A DNA stretch of 46,089 bases from an uncultured Eubacteriales bacterium (lineage in GTDB: Bacteria > Bacillota > Clostridia > Monoglobales > UMGS1388). The DNA is taken from positions 1 to 46,089 of the forward strand of contig URVP01000002.1 in assembly GCA_900551345.1 (NCBI GenBank), given 5' to 3'. Position 1 is the first letter of the stretch; each line of letters begins with the position of its first letter. Of this stretch, positions 18,483-27,486 are shown in pieces. Under the pieces are notes generated by a model, which was given only the letters and a program-made list of their open reading frames with translations, was not told the DNA's origin and searched no databases. The translations under genes and the position numbers were made by a program.

Positions 18483-19325
18483 CTAGCGTTTTTTTGGTTC
18501 AGGTGCCGGTTTTACTATCATTTCCTGGTCTTGATAAACTTTGCTGCGACGAGAAATTACTCTGCGCATTTTCACTATAATATATATGCCGATTATGGCA
18601 GTTATTATGGCTACAAGCTGAGAAATTCTTATTGGACCGAGCATAAGTGAATCTGTGCGAAGCCCTTCGATCCAAAACCGCCCCAGACCATACCAAGTCA
18701 TGTAAAGTGCAAACAGCTCTCCGGTGAATTTTTTGTGCTTGCGATATAAAATAAGTATAACAATACCTACAACATTCCAAAGACTTTCGTATAAAAATGT
18801 GGGATGTACTGATACAAGCTTTCCTACCTCATTATAAATGGTCATGCGCCATGGTAATGTAGTTTCAGAACCGTATGCCTCACGGTTTACAAAATTGCCC
18901 CATCTGCCTATTGCTTGCCCAATAAGGAAGGGTATAGAAGCTACATCAAGAGCAAGCAGAAAGTTTTGTTTTTTCTTTTTACAATAAATATAACCGGCAG
19001 TAACTGCTCCTATAATTCCGCCGTATATTGCAATGCCGCCTTCCCATATCTTAAATATATCCCAAAAGGACGAGTAATTTTTGAAGTTGAATATAACATA
19101 ATAGAGTCTTGCACCGATAATTCCAAAAATTATTCCATAAATAACAAGATCGAGCAGAGCGTTGGTATCGAATCCAACTCTGTTTGCCTCGTATAAGCCG
19201 TAAATCAGTGCAATCATAACACCTAGCCCTATGATAATGCCATACCAGTATATATCCTTTCCGAACAAAGAAAAGGCAACTCTGTCAATATTAAATTCAA
19301 GACCAAGACCTGGAAACTGTATCAT
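18483..19325 (-). CDS. lgt: Prolipoprotein diacylglyceryl transferase
   Basis: It is a multi-TM protein with WEGGIAIYGGIIG and the GRWGNFVNREAYG signature. The length of 280 aa fits. Confidence 0.93.
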   Translation of the reverse strand: MIQFPGLGLEFNIDRVAFSLFGKDIYWYGIIIGLGVMIALIYGLYEANRVGFDTNALLDLVIYGIIFGIIGARLYYVIFNFKNYSSFWDIFKIWEGGIAIYGGIIGAVTAGYIYCKKKKQNFLLALDVASIPFLIGQAIGRWGNFVNREAYGSETTLPWRMTIYNEVGKLVSVHPTFLYESLWNVVGIVILILYRKHKKFTGELFALYMTWYGLGRFWIEGLRTDSLMLGPIRISQLVAIITAIIGIYIIVKMRRVISRRSKVYQDQEMIVKPAPEPKKR

Positions 19326-19364
19326 AATCAGCCAATCCTTTCTTTCAGAATAAATAGAATATTT

Positions 19365-20636
19365 TTACTCGTGGGGCAAAACTACGGAAAGCGCCGCCTG
19401 CTCCGGACAAAAGTGTTCGTTATATCTTTCTGTAGCTTCGCTAAAGGTTATTTCAGAAGAAAGCTTAATATAATCCAAAATATTTGACTCAGTAAAAATT
19501 TTAGAAATAAACTCATGCCCGATATTTTCCACACTGTTAAGACTATGAAGAAAATGGCCGGTAAGAGCTTTTCTGCAGCGGTCAAAATCATTTTGGTTAA
19601 GCTGTATTTTTGACAGATAATCGTATATTTCATCCCGGACTCTCTTAGGGTCAGGGCTTTCTCCTCCGATAATAGTATGAGCATACATTTGATCCGCTGA
19701 ATACTCCGAAGAAAAACTGTCGTTAATCAGACCTTTGGCGTACAGAGTCTGATACAGATCACTGCTCTTACCAAACAGCATTTCGAGTAAAATTTCAGTT
19801 ATTATCTGTCGTTTTAACAAAGCGTCTCCCGACATACCATTATCTTTTTCTTTAAATCCCAGCATGAATAACGGTGCAGGTACGCTCATTTTTTGTTCAA
19901 CATACTTTTCAAAAACCTCTTTGGGTTCTTCCGGGAAAAGTGTTTGGGGTATATCGTGGTCTGTATTCTTTATATATTTGTCCACAATTTCGCCTATACT
20001 GTCAAAGTCAGTAACATCTCCCGTAATAAATAAAACCATATTCTTAGGATTATAAAAAGCTTTATAGCATGTATAGAGCTCCTCGGGAGTAATCTTCATT
20101 ATACTTTCCGCAGTTCCGGCTATATCTTTTCTTATGGGGAATCGGGAATATAAAGATTTAAGAAGATTAAAGTATACTGACCAGCTTGGGTCGTCATCAT
20201 ACATTCTTATTTCCTGAGTAATAATTCCCTGCTCTTTTGCTACATTTTCCTCTGTAAAATATGGTTCTGACACAAATGATAGCAAAATTTCAAGATTTTC
20301 TTTCAGTTTGTCTGTACAGGAGAAAAGATAGCATGTGCTGCCAAACCCTGTATAGGCATTAGCCGATGCGCCGGTTTTTGCATAATCATCAAATGCATTG
20401 GTTCCGTCTTTTTTTTCAAAAAGTTTGTGTTCAAGAAAGTGTGCAACTCCATCGGTCACCGTAATCTCTTTTCCGTCCCAAACAAATGTGTCGTTGGCAG
20501 AACCGAATCGTGTTCCTATAACTGCATAGGTTTTCGTAAATTTTTTAGGAAGCAGATAGACTTTAAGCCCACTGCTGTGAACTCCGTAATACAGTGTTTC
20601 ATCTATATTGGAATAGTCAATCTTATTAAAATTCAT
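19365..20636 (-). CDS. M16-family zinc peptidase, predicted active subunit (HxxEH present)
   Basis: The inverted zinc motif is present in GVAHFLEHKLFEK. The ATG at 20636 (MNFNKIDY...) has GAAAGGAG upstream, and the longer start at 20708 would overlap the upstream gene. Confidence 0.85.
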   Translation of the reverse strand: MNFNKIDYSNIDETLYYGVHSSGLKVYLLPKKFTKTYAVIGTRFGSANDTFVWDGKEITVTDGVAHFLEHKLFEKKDGTNAFDDYAKTGASANAYTGFGSTCYLFSCTDKLKENLEILLSFVSEPYFTEENVAKEQGIITQEIRMYDDDPSWSVYFNLLKSLYSRFPIRKDIAGTAESIMKITPEELYTCYKAFYNPKNMVLFITGDVTDFDSIGEIVDKYIKNTDHDIPQTLFPEEPKEVFEKYVEQKMSVPAPLFMLGFKEKDNGMSGDALLKRQIITEILLEMLFGKSSDLYQTLYAKGLINDSFSSEYSADQMYAHTIIGGESPDPKRVRDEIYDYLSKIQLNQNDFDRCRKALTGHFLHSLNSVENIGHEFISKIFTESNILDYIKLSSEITFSEATERYNEHFCPEQAALSVVLPHE

Positions 20637-20673
20637 GGAAATATTTAAATCTCCTTTCTCAAACTGTTTAATG

Positions 20674-21930
20674 CTAATCTTCCTTTGTGAGAAGATAAAC
20701 AGTGTCAAGCTGAACGCCCTGTGCAGCTTCTATAATTCGCTCACGAGTTACGGACATTATTCCATCAATATATTCTTTCAGTCCGTTACTGCTGCTGCTC
20801 ATAAGCTGTGCAAGACAAAAGTCTTCCAGCCTGCGTTGGCTGTCAGATATACCTCTCAGAGAATCGATAAGACAAAGCTTTGCAGCTTCCATTTCTTCAT
20901 CAGAAAAAGCACCTGTCCTAACAAGGCGTTCCTGCTCAAGTATGGCTTCTTTTGCCACCTCAAATTTGTCACATTCGATTCCTGCGTTTACGCTCATAAT
21001 ACCCTTTAATCTGTCCGTACGGGAAGAAACATAGTAGCAAAGACTCATTTTTTCTCGCACATTATTAAAAAGCCGTGAATACGGCCCGCCGCCGAATATG
21101 GCGTTATAAACGGTCAGAGCATAGAAATCTCCCCCATGTGCAGATACCTTGGTTCTGAAGCCCATGGAGAGTTTTGCTTGAGCAACCTTTTCCCTTTGAA
21201 CTACATTTTTGGTCTGAGTAACATTGTCTATGACACAAACAGACGGCACAGGTTCTGTCACATTCACATATGAGGCAAGGGTTTCGAGTGTTTGCACAAC
21301 TTTTTCTTTTGCAACATTACCCACAAAAAATATGTCAAGAGGGGATGATAAAATCACATTTCTGTACTGCTCATAAAGCATATCTGCCGTTATGGGTGCA
21401 ATATCTTCTATACGCCCTATCTCGGATATTCCGTAAGGCTCTTCCTTACACATTTCTTCTATCATTCTTATTTGAGCGTATGTTCGTTTGTCATTAAATA
21501 CAGATAAAATAAGAGTGCGAAGATTTTCCTTCTCTTGTTCTATATGGTCAGATTTAAATCTATCGTGGTTAAATACCAGCTCTTCCGAAAGTGACGCAAT
21601 ACTGCTGAAAATATTGCTGTTATCTCCGATATATTTATCATTTGCAAACTCAAAGCTAAAGCATAACAACTGACTTTCGCCTTTTTTGCGTACCATACAA
21701 TTCATATCGGTACCGTAAAGTTCGTCTAATCGTTTGTTTAGAGCGGCAGTATCGGGATAGCTTTTGCAGCCTCTCGGCATTACTGCCGAAAGAAGCGAAT
21801 TCACCGTCGCCTCTTTATCACAAAGAGGGCGGTGAAATGTAAATCCGATATAATTTGTTTTAAATTTATCCGTAAGGGTAAGATGAAGTCTTACACCTTT
21901 TTTTAGCTGAATCGTTTCAAAGTCTTTCAT
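20674..21930 (-). CDS. M16-family peptidase-like protein, predicted non-catalytic partner (no HxxEH)
   Basis: It has pitrilysin-like length and C-terminal half, but no HxxEH anywhere in the 418 aa. It lies 37 nt upstream of the active-type paralog. Confidence 0.8.
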   Translation of the reverse strand: MKDFETIQLKKGVRLHLTLTDKFKTNYIGFTFHRPLCDKEATVNSLLSAVMPRGCKSYPDTAALNKRLDELYGTDMNCMVRKKGESQLLCFSFEFANDKYIGDNSNIFSSIASLSEELVFNHDRFKSDHIEQEKENLRTLILSVFNDKRTYAQIRMIEEMCKEEPYGISEIGRIEDIAPITADMLYEQYRNVILSSPLDIFFVGNVAKEKVVQTLETLASYVNVTEPVPSVCVIDNVTQTKNVVQREKVAQAKLSMGFRTKVSAHGGDFYALTVYNAIFGGGPYSRLFNNVREKMSLCYYVSSRTDRLKGIMSVNAGIECDKFEVAKEAILEQERLVRTGAFSDEEMEAAKLCLIDSLRGISDSQRRLEDFCLAQLMSSSSNGLKEYIDGIMSVTRERIIEAAQGVQLDTVYLLTKED

Positions 21931-21957
21931 AATTATACTGATATTCCTTTCAGATAA

Positions 21958-22404
21958 TCATTTCGCCTTTTTATAAGGCATACTGTCTTTAACAACATAC
22001 ACAACAAAGCAAGCCAGTGTACAAATACCGATAATTACAAGTAAGGTCTTAAATTCTCCATACATTATGTTGTAGAAGAAACCGCCAAATACTTTTGATG
22101 CAACTCGGGAATACAAAATAAGATAAAGATTCCCCAGAGAAAAAATGATACTGTAAAAAAATCCTGTCCGGCATGATTTAATCCCACGCACAAGCCATAT
22201 CAACAGCAAAACAACCGCAAGTACGGCGAAAAAGATAAAAAATACTCGTTCAACGGTTCTTATGGTAAGTATATACTCAATCCTAACGGAACTTTTCATA
22301 AGAAAAAATGTATATATTGCGCAAGCTATTGCAAACGCAAGCTGAACAAGAAAAGTATTTGTCAGCGTTTCGTGCCGTGTGTATTTTTCCATATTCTTCT
22401 GCAT
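21958..22404 (-). CDS. Hypothetical integral membrane protein (about 4 TM helices)
   Basis: It has four hydrophobic segments. The ATG at 22404 is 9 nt after GAGG; the ATG at 22413 abuts the RBS. Confidence 0.6.
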   Translation of the reverse strand: MQKNMEKYTRHETLTNTFLVQLAFAIACAIYTFFLMKSSVRIEYILTIRTVERVFFIFFAVLAVVLLLIWLVRGIKSCRTGFFYSIIFSLGNLYLILYSRVASKVFGGFFYNIMYGEFKTLLVIIGICTLACFVVYVVKDSMPYKKAK

Positions 22405-22452
22405 AACAATCATCCTCTTTTGCTTATAATATTACATTTGCCCCTTAAATAT

Positions 22453-23181
22453 TTACATGTCTCCGGTTTCGTACAAAATAATGGGAACCAATGCAGTCCC
22501 GACTGTTTCGGTTCTTAATATTCTTCTACCGAGAGTTACGGGAATTATTCCGTTGCTTGCGGCGTATTCGATTTCTTCAGGTTCAAAACCGCCTTCACTG
22601 CCTACAATAATTCCTATTTCGCATATATCTTTGTTTAAAACATCGCAAAGCCTTGTTTCCCGTTCTTCTTCATAGGGAATTATTGCTGTTTGCATTTGCT
22701 TTGCCATATGCACTGCTTCCCGGAAACTTGTAACCGGTTTTACCTGAGGAATTACACCTCTGCCGCTTTGTTTTGCGGCTTCCAAGGCAACTTTTTGCCA
22801 TCGAAGCTGTTTTTTGGTGTCCCCTGCCTGCAATTTTACTACAGACCGATGTGTAATTGTGGGAACAATCTCGGTAATGCCCAGCTCGGTGGTCTTTTGA
22901 ATAATCGTTTCCATCTTGCCCTGTTTGGGCAGCCCTTGAAAAAGTGTTATTTTTACTTTTGGCTCTGTATCGCTTTTTGCTTTAGAAATAATCTGTGCTG
23001 TTATGCGGTCTTTTTCTATCATTGTAATTTTGCAGTGATAGTCAACTCCGCATCCATCACACACCGTTACTTCATAGCCTGCTTTTGCTCTGTAAACACG
23101 GGATAAATGCTCAACATCTTCACCGGTTATGTACAGGCTGTTTTCAAATATGTTGTTTTTATCAGTAAAAAACTTGGGCAT
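22453..23181 (-). CDS. rsmE: 16S rRNA (uracil1498-N3)-methyltransferase RsmE
   Basis: A PUA-like N-terminus is followed by a SPOUT C-terminus with GSEGGFEPEE and LGRRILRTETV. It lies downstream of prmA, as is typical in Firmicutes. Confidence 0.9.
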   Translation of the reverse strand: MPKFFTDKNNIFENSLYITGEDVEHLSRVYRAKAGYEVTVCDGCGVDYHCKITMIEKDRITAQIISKAKSDTEPKVKITLFQGLPKQGKMETIIQKTTELGITEIVPTITHRSVVKLQAGDTKKQLRWQKVALEAAKQSGRGVIPQVKPVTSFREAVHMAKQMQTAIIPYEEERETRLCDVLNKDICEIGIIVGSEGGFEPEEIEYAASNGIIPVTLGRRILRTETVGTALVPIILYETGDM

Positions 23182-23299
23182 TATAATTCACCGCTGCTTT
23201 AAGTGCATTTGAAAATATCGATACAAAAAACAGTATAGCATAAATCCTGTATGTTTTCAACACTAAAATTGAATTATCAGGACATATTTAACTTTTGTG

Positions 23300-24250
23300 T
23301 CAAATTTCGGCAAGTATGGCAGCCCAGTCATTTTCATAGACAGTTTTATTTATTTTAAGACCTGCTTTTACCAAATTGTCTTTAACATCCTGTTCACGCT
23401 CAAGTATAATACCCGAGCAGATAAACTTGCCGCCTTTTTCCAGCAGCCGAGGAAGAGAGGGGATAAGTCGGATAATAACATCGGCTACAATGTTTGCTGT
23501 TATAAGATTATATGTTTCCGCTACTCCGTCCGCAAGGTCTCTGCAATCAGTTGTAAGCTTATCTTCTACACCGTTAAGTTTTGCATTATCACGGGCTATA
23601 ATATTAACGCTGTCGTCTATGTCTACGGCATATGCCGAACGTGCACCCAGGAGCAGTGCTGTTACAGATAAAATTCCGCTGCCCGCACCTACATCAAACA
23701 ATCTGGTATTATTGTCGACACATTCTTCAAGAAGAGCCATACACATTCTGGTGCTTTCGTGAGTGCCTGTTCCAAACATCATGCCGGGATTGATTTCAAC
23801 AACGGTTCTGCCGCCTGAGTCCGGCAGGTCTTGCCAGCTTGGCTTAATAATAAGTTTGTTGCCGATAGGGATAGGCTTATAATATTTTTTCCAGTTGTTT
23901 GCCCAATCCTCTTCGTTAACTATATCTGTAGCTACGAACATACGCCCAAATTCTTCGCCTTCTGCAAGAGCTTTTACACGCTTTGCGCCTTCTCTTATGG
24001 AGTTAAGCAGCTCAGCTCCGGACGGGCTGTCATTTAAATATGCTATTACGCAGGTTTCGGCGTCCAGCTTTTTCATCAAATTTTCGTCAATATAATCCCA
24101 GTATTTCCCGTAGTTATCTAAATAATCACGAAAATCTGCACTGTCTTCAATTTCCACCCCGGTTATTCCCAGCTGATATAACATGCCGCAAACGGGTTCA
24201 ATCCCTTGAGTGGATGTGAATATAAATACTTTTATCCATTTGTTGTCCAT
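23300..24250 (-). CDS. prmA: Ribosomal protein L11 methyltransferase
   Basis: It has a PrmA N-terminal domain, the motif INPGMMFGTGTHESTR, and SAM motif DVGAGSGILS. Confidence 0.92.
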   Translation of the reverse strand: MDNKWIKVFIFTSTQGIEPVCGMLYQLGITGVEIEDSADFRDYLDNYGKYWDYIDENLMKKLDAETCVIAYLNDSPSGAELLNSIREGAKRVKALAEGEEFGRMFVATDIVNEEDWANNWKKYYKPIPIGNKLIIKPSWQDLPDSGGRTVVEINPGMMFGTGTHESTRMCMALLEECVDNNTRLFDVGAGSGILSVTALLLGARSAYAVDIDDSVNIIARDNAKLNGVEDKLTTDCRDLADGVAETYNLITANIVADVIIRLIPSLPRLLEKGGKFICSGIILEREQDVKDNLVKAGLKINKTVYENDWAAILAEI

Positions 24251-24300
24251 ACAAGCATTCCTTTCGGTGTATTTAAAAGTTAATTGTTAACTTTAGTTTT

Positions 24301-25287
24301 TTAATTAAGTGCTTTTTGCAACGCGGTTAAATTGTTTTCCATAAGTTCTATGTATGTTATACCTTGCTCAAACTGCTCTGCGGTTACATTATGGCATGAA
24401 GAAAACAGCATTTTTTCTGCACCTGTTTCCTCACAAATTGTGTCAGTCATTTTTTCGTTTGATAACTCTATATGAAAGACTACCGGAATATTTTCACTTT
24501 TGACCTTTTCTATAAGAAAAGCAACTGTTGCGATATTTGGCTCTGATTCTTCCGTACAGCCCGGGTATGCTGCATAATAATCAAGTCCGTATTCTTTTGC
24601 GAAATACAGCAGAGGAAATCGATCGCCGAATACCATTGTCTTTCGCTTTCCGCTGTCCACTACTGCTCTGAATTTTTTGTCTAAAGCCAATAGCCTATTT
24701 TCGTAACTTTTCATATTGGCGGAATATTTTTGACTGTCTTCTGTGTCTGCGTCCATAAAAGCCTCTGTCATGGCTTGTGATATTTTAATTGCATTTACCG
24801 GCGATGTCCACACATGTTCATCATATTCATGAACTTCATTAGCGCCTTCTGATGCAATCTCTTCGTGGTCGTGGTCATGAGCATCTTCTGCGGTTTGCAT
24901 TCCTTCGACGATTTCCTCTTCTTGTTTTTCAACACAGTCAATCATTTTAACGGTTCTCATACTGCTATTTTCTACGGTTTCAAGCACACCGTCAATCCAA
25001 TCGTCAGATTCTCCCCCGACATAAACAAAAACATCACAACTGTTAATTAATTTTATATCATTGGGCGTAGGCTCATATGAGTGTATTTCACTTCCCGGTT
25101 TGATAAGCATATGTATGTTTGCCTCTCCGCCGGTTATTTCTCTTGCAAAATCATATGCCGGAAAAATGGTGACAACTATATTAAGGGCCTTGTCATTTTG
25201 CGTATTAATTACCTTTTTACTGCATGAGCAGCATATAAACGTACAAAATGCCACAAGCAGCATCGCTGCCATGCTTTTTAATTTCAC
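24301..25287 (-). CDS. ZnuA/TroA-type metal (probably zinc) ABC-transporter substrate-binding lipoprotein
   Basis: The signal peptide carries a Cys cluster (FICCSCS). Motifs DVFVYVGGESDDW and EHVWTSPVNA are present. A His/Asp/Glu-rich loop (EDAHDHDHEEIASEGANEVHEYDEH) is typical of zinc-specific members. Confidence 0.85.
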   Translation of the reverse strand: MKLKSMAAMLLVAFCTFICCSCSKKVINTQNDKALNIVVTIFPAYDFAREITGGEANIHMLIKPGSEIHSYEPTPNDIKLINSCDVFVYVGGESDDWIDGVLETVENSSMRTVKMIDCVEKQEEEIVEGMQTAEDAHDHDHEEIASEGANEVHEYDEHVWTSPVNAIKISQAMTEAFMDADTEDSQKYSANMKSYENRLLALDKKFRAVVDSGKRKTMVFGDRFPLLYFAKEYGLDYYAAYPGCTEESEPNIATVAFLIEKVKSENIPVVFHIELSNEKMTDTICEETGAEKMLFSSCHNVTAEQFEQGITYIELMENNLTALQKALN

Positions 25288-25380
25288 TAAAAATCACACC
25301 TGTTTATCTATTTTTATGCTATTTATATTGTAACATAGTATTTTGCAGTTTTCAACAGTTTATATATTCTCTTTAGGCAG

Positions 25381-25421
25381 AAAATAAAAAGATAACCGGA
25401 GCCCTTTAGGCACCCGGTTAA
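25381..25421 (-). terminator. Rho-independent terminator after the DUF896 ORF
   Basis: The minus strand reads TAACCGGGTGCC-TAAA-GGGCTCCGGTTA followed by TCTTTTTATTTT. Confidence 0.65.
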
Positions 25422-25439
25422 CCAAAAAGTTTTTTTATG

Positions 25440-25610
25440 TTAATGCTTTATGCCTTTTGTTTCTTCAAGCATTGCTCGCAGATTAGCTTTTATTGAATCG
25501 ATATATTCTCTGCGAAGTGCTGCTTGTTCCGTCTTTTCCTCTTCTGTAAGGCCTACGGATCGGGATTTTCTTGACAGCTCACTTATGCGGTCGATTTTTT
25601 CCTGTTTCAT
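25440..25610 (-). CDS. DUF896/UPF0291 (YnzC-like) small protein, 56 aa; below the ORF-track cutoff
   Basis: My hand translation is MKQEKIDRISELSRKSRSVGLTEEEKTEQAALRREYIDSIKANLRAMLEETKGIKH. AAGGAG lies 6 nt upstream of the ATG at 25610. The sequence pattern (INELAKK.K..GLT..E..EQ..LR.EYL) is characteristic of this family as I recall it. Confidence 0.8.
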   Translation of the reverse strand: MKQEKIDRISELSRKSRSVGLTEEEKTEQAALRREYIDSIKANLRAMLEETKGIKH

Positions 25611-25613
25611 ATG

Positions 25614-25976
25614 TTACTCCTTTGGTGCTGCCTGCTGTTCGGCTTGTTCCAGTATTTTTTCAAGCTCTATTCTTGCGGCTTCTTTTTCTTCTTCATCTTC
25701 TGAATTGTTGAATGTATCAACAAGGGATTCAAACTCATTCATATCAACATTTTCATCGCTGTACCCTGTGTCCGGCTCTGTTGACTGACCGCTGCCGTCG
25801 GAAGTCTGTTCATTAGAGTTTTGAGTGCCGGATCCTTTTTCTGTTTGCTCTTGAGTTGTGGTGTTTGTTGATTCGTTTTTATTATCCGTTTTTCCGTTTG
25901 AATCCTTTGCAGTGCATGCAGTAAAGCAAAAAGATAAAATTATAACAGAAATAATAACACTGAAAAATTTTCTCAT
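25614..25976 (-). CDS. Acidic low-complexity lipoprotein, function unknown
   Basis: The signal peptide has a lipobox-like FTAC. The mature part is rich in S, T, N, E and D and ends in a helical EEEKEAARIELEKILEQAEQQ tail. Confidence 0.65.
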   Translation of the reverse strand: MRKFFSVIISVIILSFCFTACTAKDSNGKTDNKNESTNTTTQEQTEKGSGTQNSNEQTSDGSGQSTEPDTGYSDENVDMNEFESLVDTFNNSEDEEEKEAARIELEKILEQAEQQAAPKE

Positions 25977-26007
25977 AAGTTTACAATCCCCTTTGCAACC
26001 ATAATTT

Positions 26008-27435
26008 TTATCTTCTGTATAGAGTGTTTAGCTTTTTATACAAACCTTTATCTATTTCGCTGAGCTGTTCTTTTGTAACTCGGTATTGCCAGTTTCCGTC
26101 TGCTTTTCCCGGTATATTCAGTCGGGTATCCGAGCCATATCCCAAAAGGTCCTGTATAGGGAATATGGTGAGTCCGGCAGAGGATGCAAGAATGGTTTTG
26201 ATAATAGAAATGCAGCCGCTTCCCCAATCGTTTATGTCGTGTCTGCAATACTCAAGCATATCTCTTTTGTTGTTTTCGTCCAGCTCCCAAAGATACCCCA
26301 AAAGAGTGTTGTTATCATGAGTGCCGGAATATGCAACGCAGTTATTTATATAATTGTGGGGTTGATGCAGATTGTCATATTCGCCTAAGAAACCGAACTG
26401 AAATACTCTCATTCCGGGGAATCCGCTTTCCTCCACCAGCTTTACAACCTCAGGGGTTATTTGACCTAAATCCTCCGCTATAATCAGCTTATCTCCGGCT
26501 GTTTCTTTAAGGGCTTTTACCAAGTCCATACCCGGACCTTTAACCCATTTTCCGTTTCGTGCCGTTGTTTCTCCGGATGGCACTGCCCAGAAGGATTCAA
26601 TACCTCTGAAGTGGTCAATCCTCACTCCGTCAAACAGAGTAAGCATATGCTTCATTCTGTCCTTCCACCACACAAATCCAGTCTCTTTCATTTTGTCCCA
26701 GTCATACAGAGGGTTTCCCCAAAGCTGTCCGTCCGGTGAAAAATAATCGGGAGGACATCCGGCAATAGAGGTGGGACGGTTATCTTCCAGTAAAAACTGC
26801 TCTCTGTTGCACCAAACATCACAGCTGTCCAACGACACATAAATGGGAATATCTCCGATAATCTTTATTCCTTTTGAATTGGCGTATCTTTTTATCTCTG
26901 ACCATTGAGTAAAAAACTCATATTGTATAAACTTCCAGGCAAACAGAACATCCGGGTCGGGAGTATTTGTTTCCCATTCCCACCAGGGCTTTTGCCCGTT
27001 TGCTGCCTTAAGGCTCATAAATCGGCAGAAGCTTTCAAGCTGTGGGTTGTTTGCTATAAAATCTTCTATCTCGTTTCTGCTTGAAACTCTTTTTGACGCT
27101 TCCATCAAAAGCGGTATTCTTGTATGATACAGCCTTGCAAACTCGCAGCTGTAAGGTGTACTCTGTTTTTGAGCGTTTATTTCATCCTGAGTGACAAGCC
27201 CCTTGTTATGCAGAATATCCAGATTTACAAAATAAGGGTTGCCCCCGAATGCGGAATATGACTGGTAGGGTGAGTTGCAGTCGTCCACGAGGCAAAAAGG
27301 AAGAACCTGCCACCACTTAAAACCGCACTCTGCAAGGAAATCTACAAATTGTTTCGCCTCACTGCCGAAACTGCCGCAGGAGTATTCTCCGTAAAGTGAA
27401 GAAATGTGCATAAGCACACCGCTGCTTCTCTGCAT
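26008..27435 (-). CDS. malQ: 4-alpha-glucanotransferase (amylomaltase, GH77)
   Basis: The GH77 motifs are present: DGVRIDHFRG, IIAEDLG and YSGTHDNNT. Confidence 0.92.
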   Translation of the reverse strand: MQRSSGVLMHISSLYGEYSCGSFGSEAKQFVDFLAECGFKWWQVLPFCLVDDCNSPYQSYSAFGGNPYFVNLDILHNKGLVTQDEINAQKQSTPYSCEFARLYHTRIPLLMEASKRVSSRNEIEDFIANNPQLESFCRFMSLKAANGQKPWWEWETNTPDPDVLFAWKFIQYEFFTQWSEIKRYANSKGIKIIGDIPIYVSLDSCDVWCNREQFLLEDNRPTSIAGCPPDYFSPDGQLWGNPLYDWDKMKETGFVWWKDRMKHMLTLFDGVRIDHFRGIESFWAVPSGETTARNGKWVKGPGMDLVKALKETAGDKLIIAEDLGQITPEVVKLVEESGFPGMRVFQFGFLGEYDNLHQPHNYINNCVAYSGTHDNNTLLGYLWELDENNKRDMLEYCRHDINDWGSGCISIIKTILASSAGLTIFPIQDLLGYGSDTRLNIPGKADGNWQYRVTKEQLSEIDKGLYKKLNTLYRR

Positions 27436-27486
27436 TTACATCATACCCTTTCTGTAATTTATACTCATACAAATCAAAACGGATGA

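Noticed and set aside
24278-24294. The palindrome AAGTTAA-TTG-TTAACTT, considered as an AdcR/Zur-type operator for the zinc-binding protein gene.
   Set aside because: It lies downstream of that gene's stop, between it and prmA, not in its promoter. It does not match TTAACNRGTTAA. It may be only a weak A/T hairpin.
25450-25788. A 112-aa + strand ORF rich in Ser, Cys and Phe.
   Set aside because: It is antisense to two well-supported minus-strand genes, the DUF896 ORF and the acidic lipoprotein. Its composition is typical of a reverse-frame artefact.
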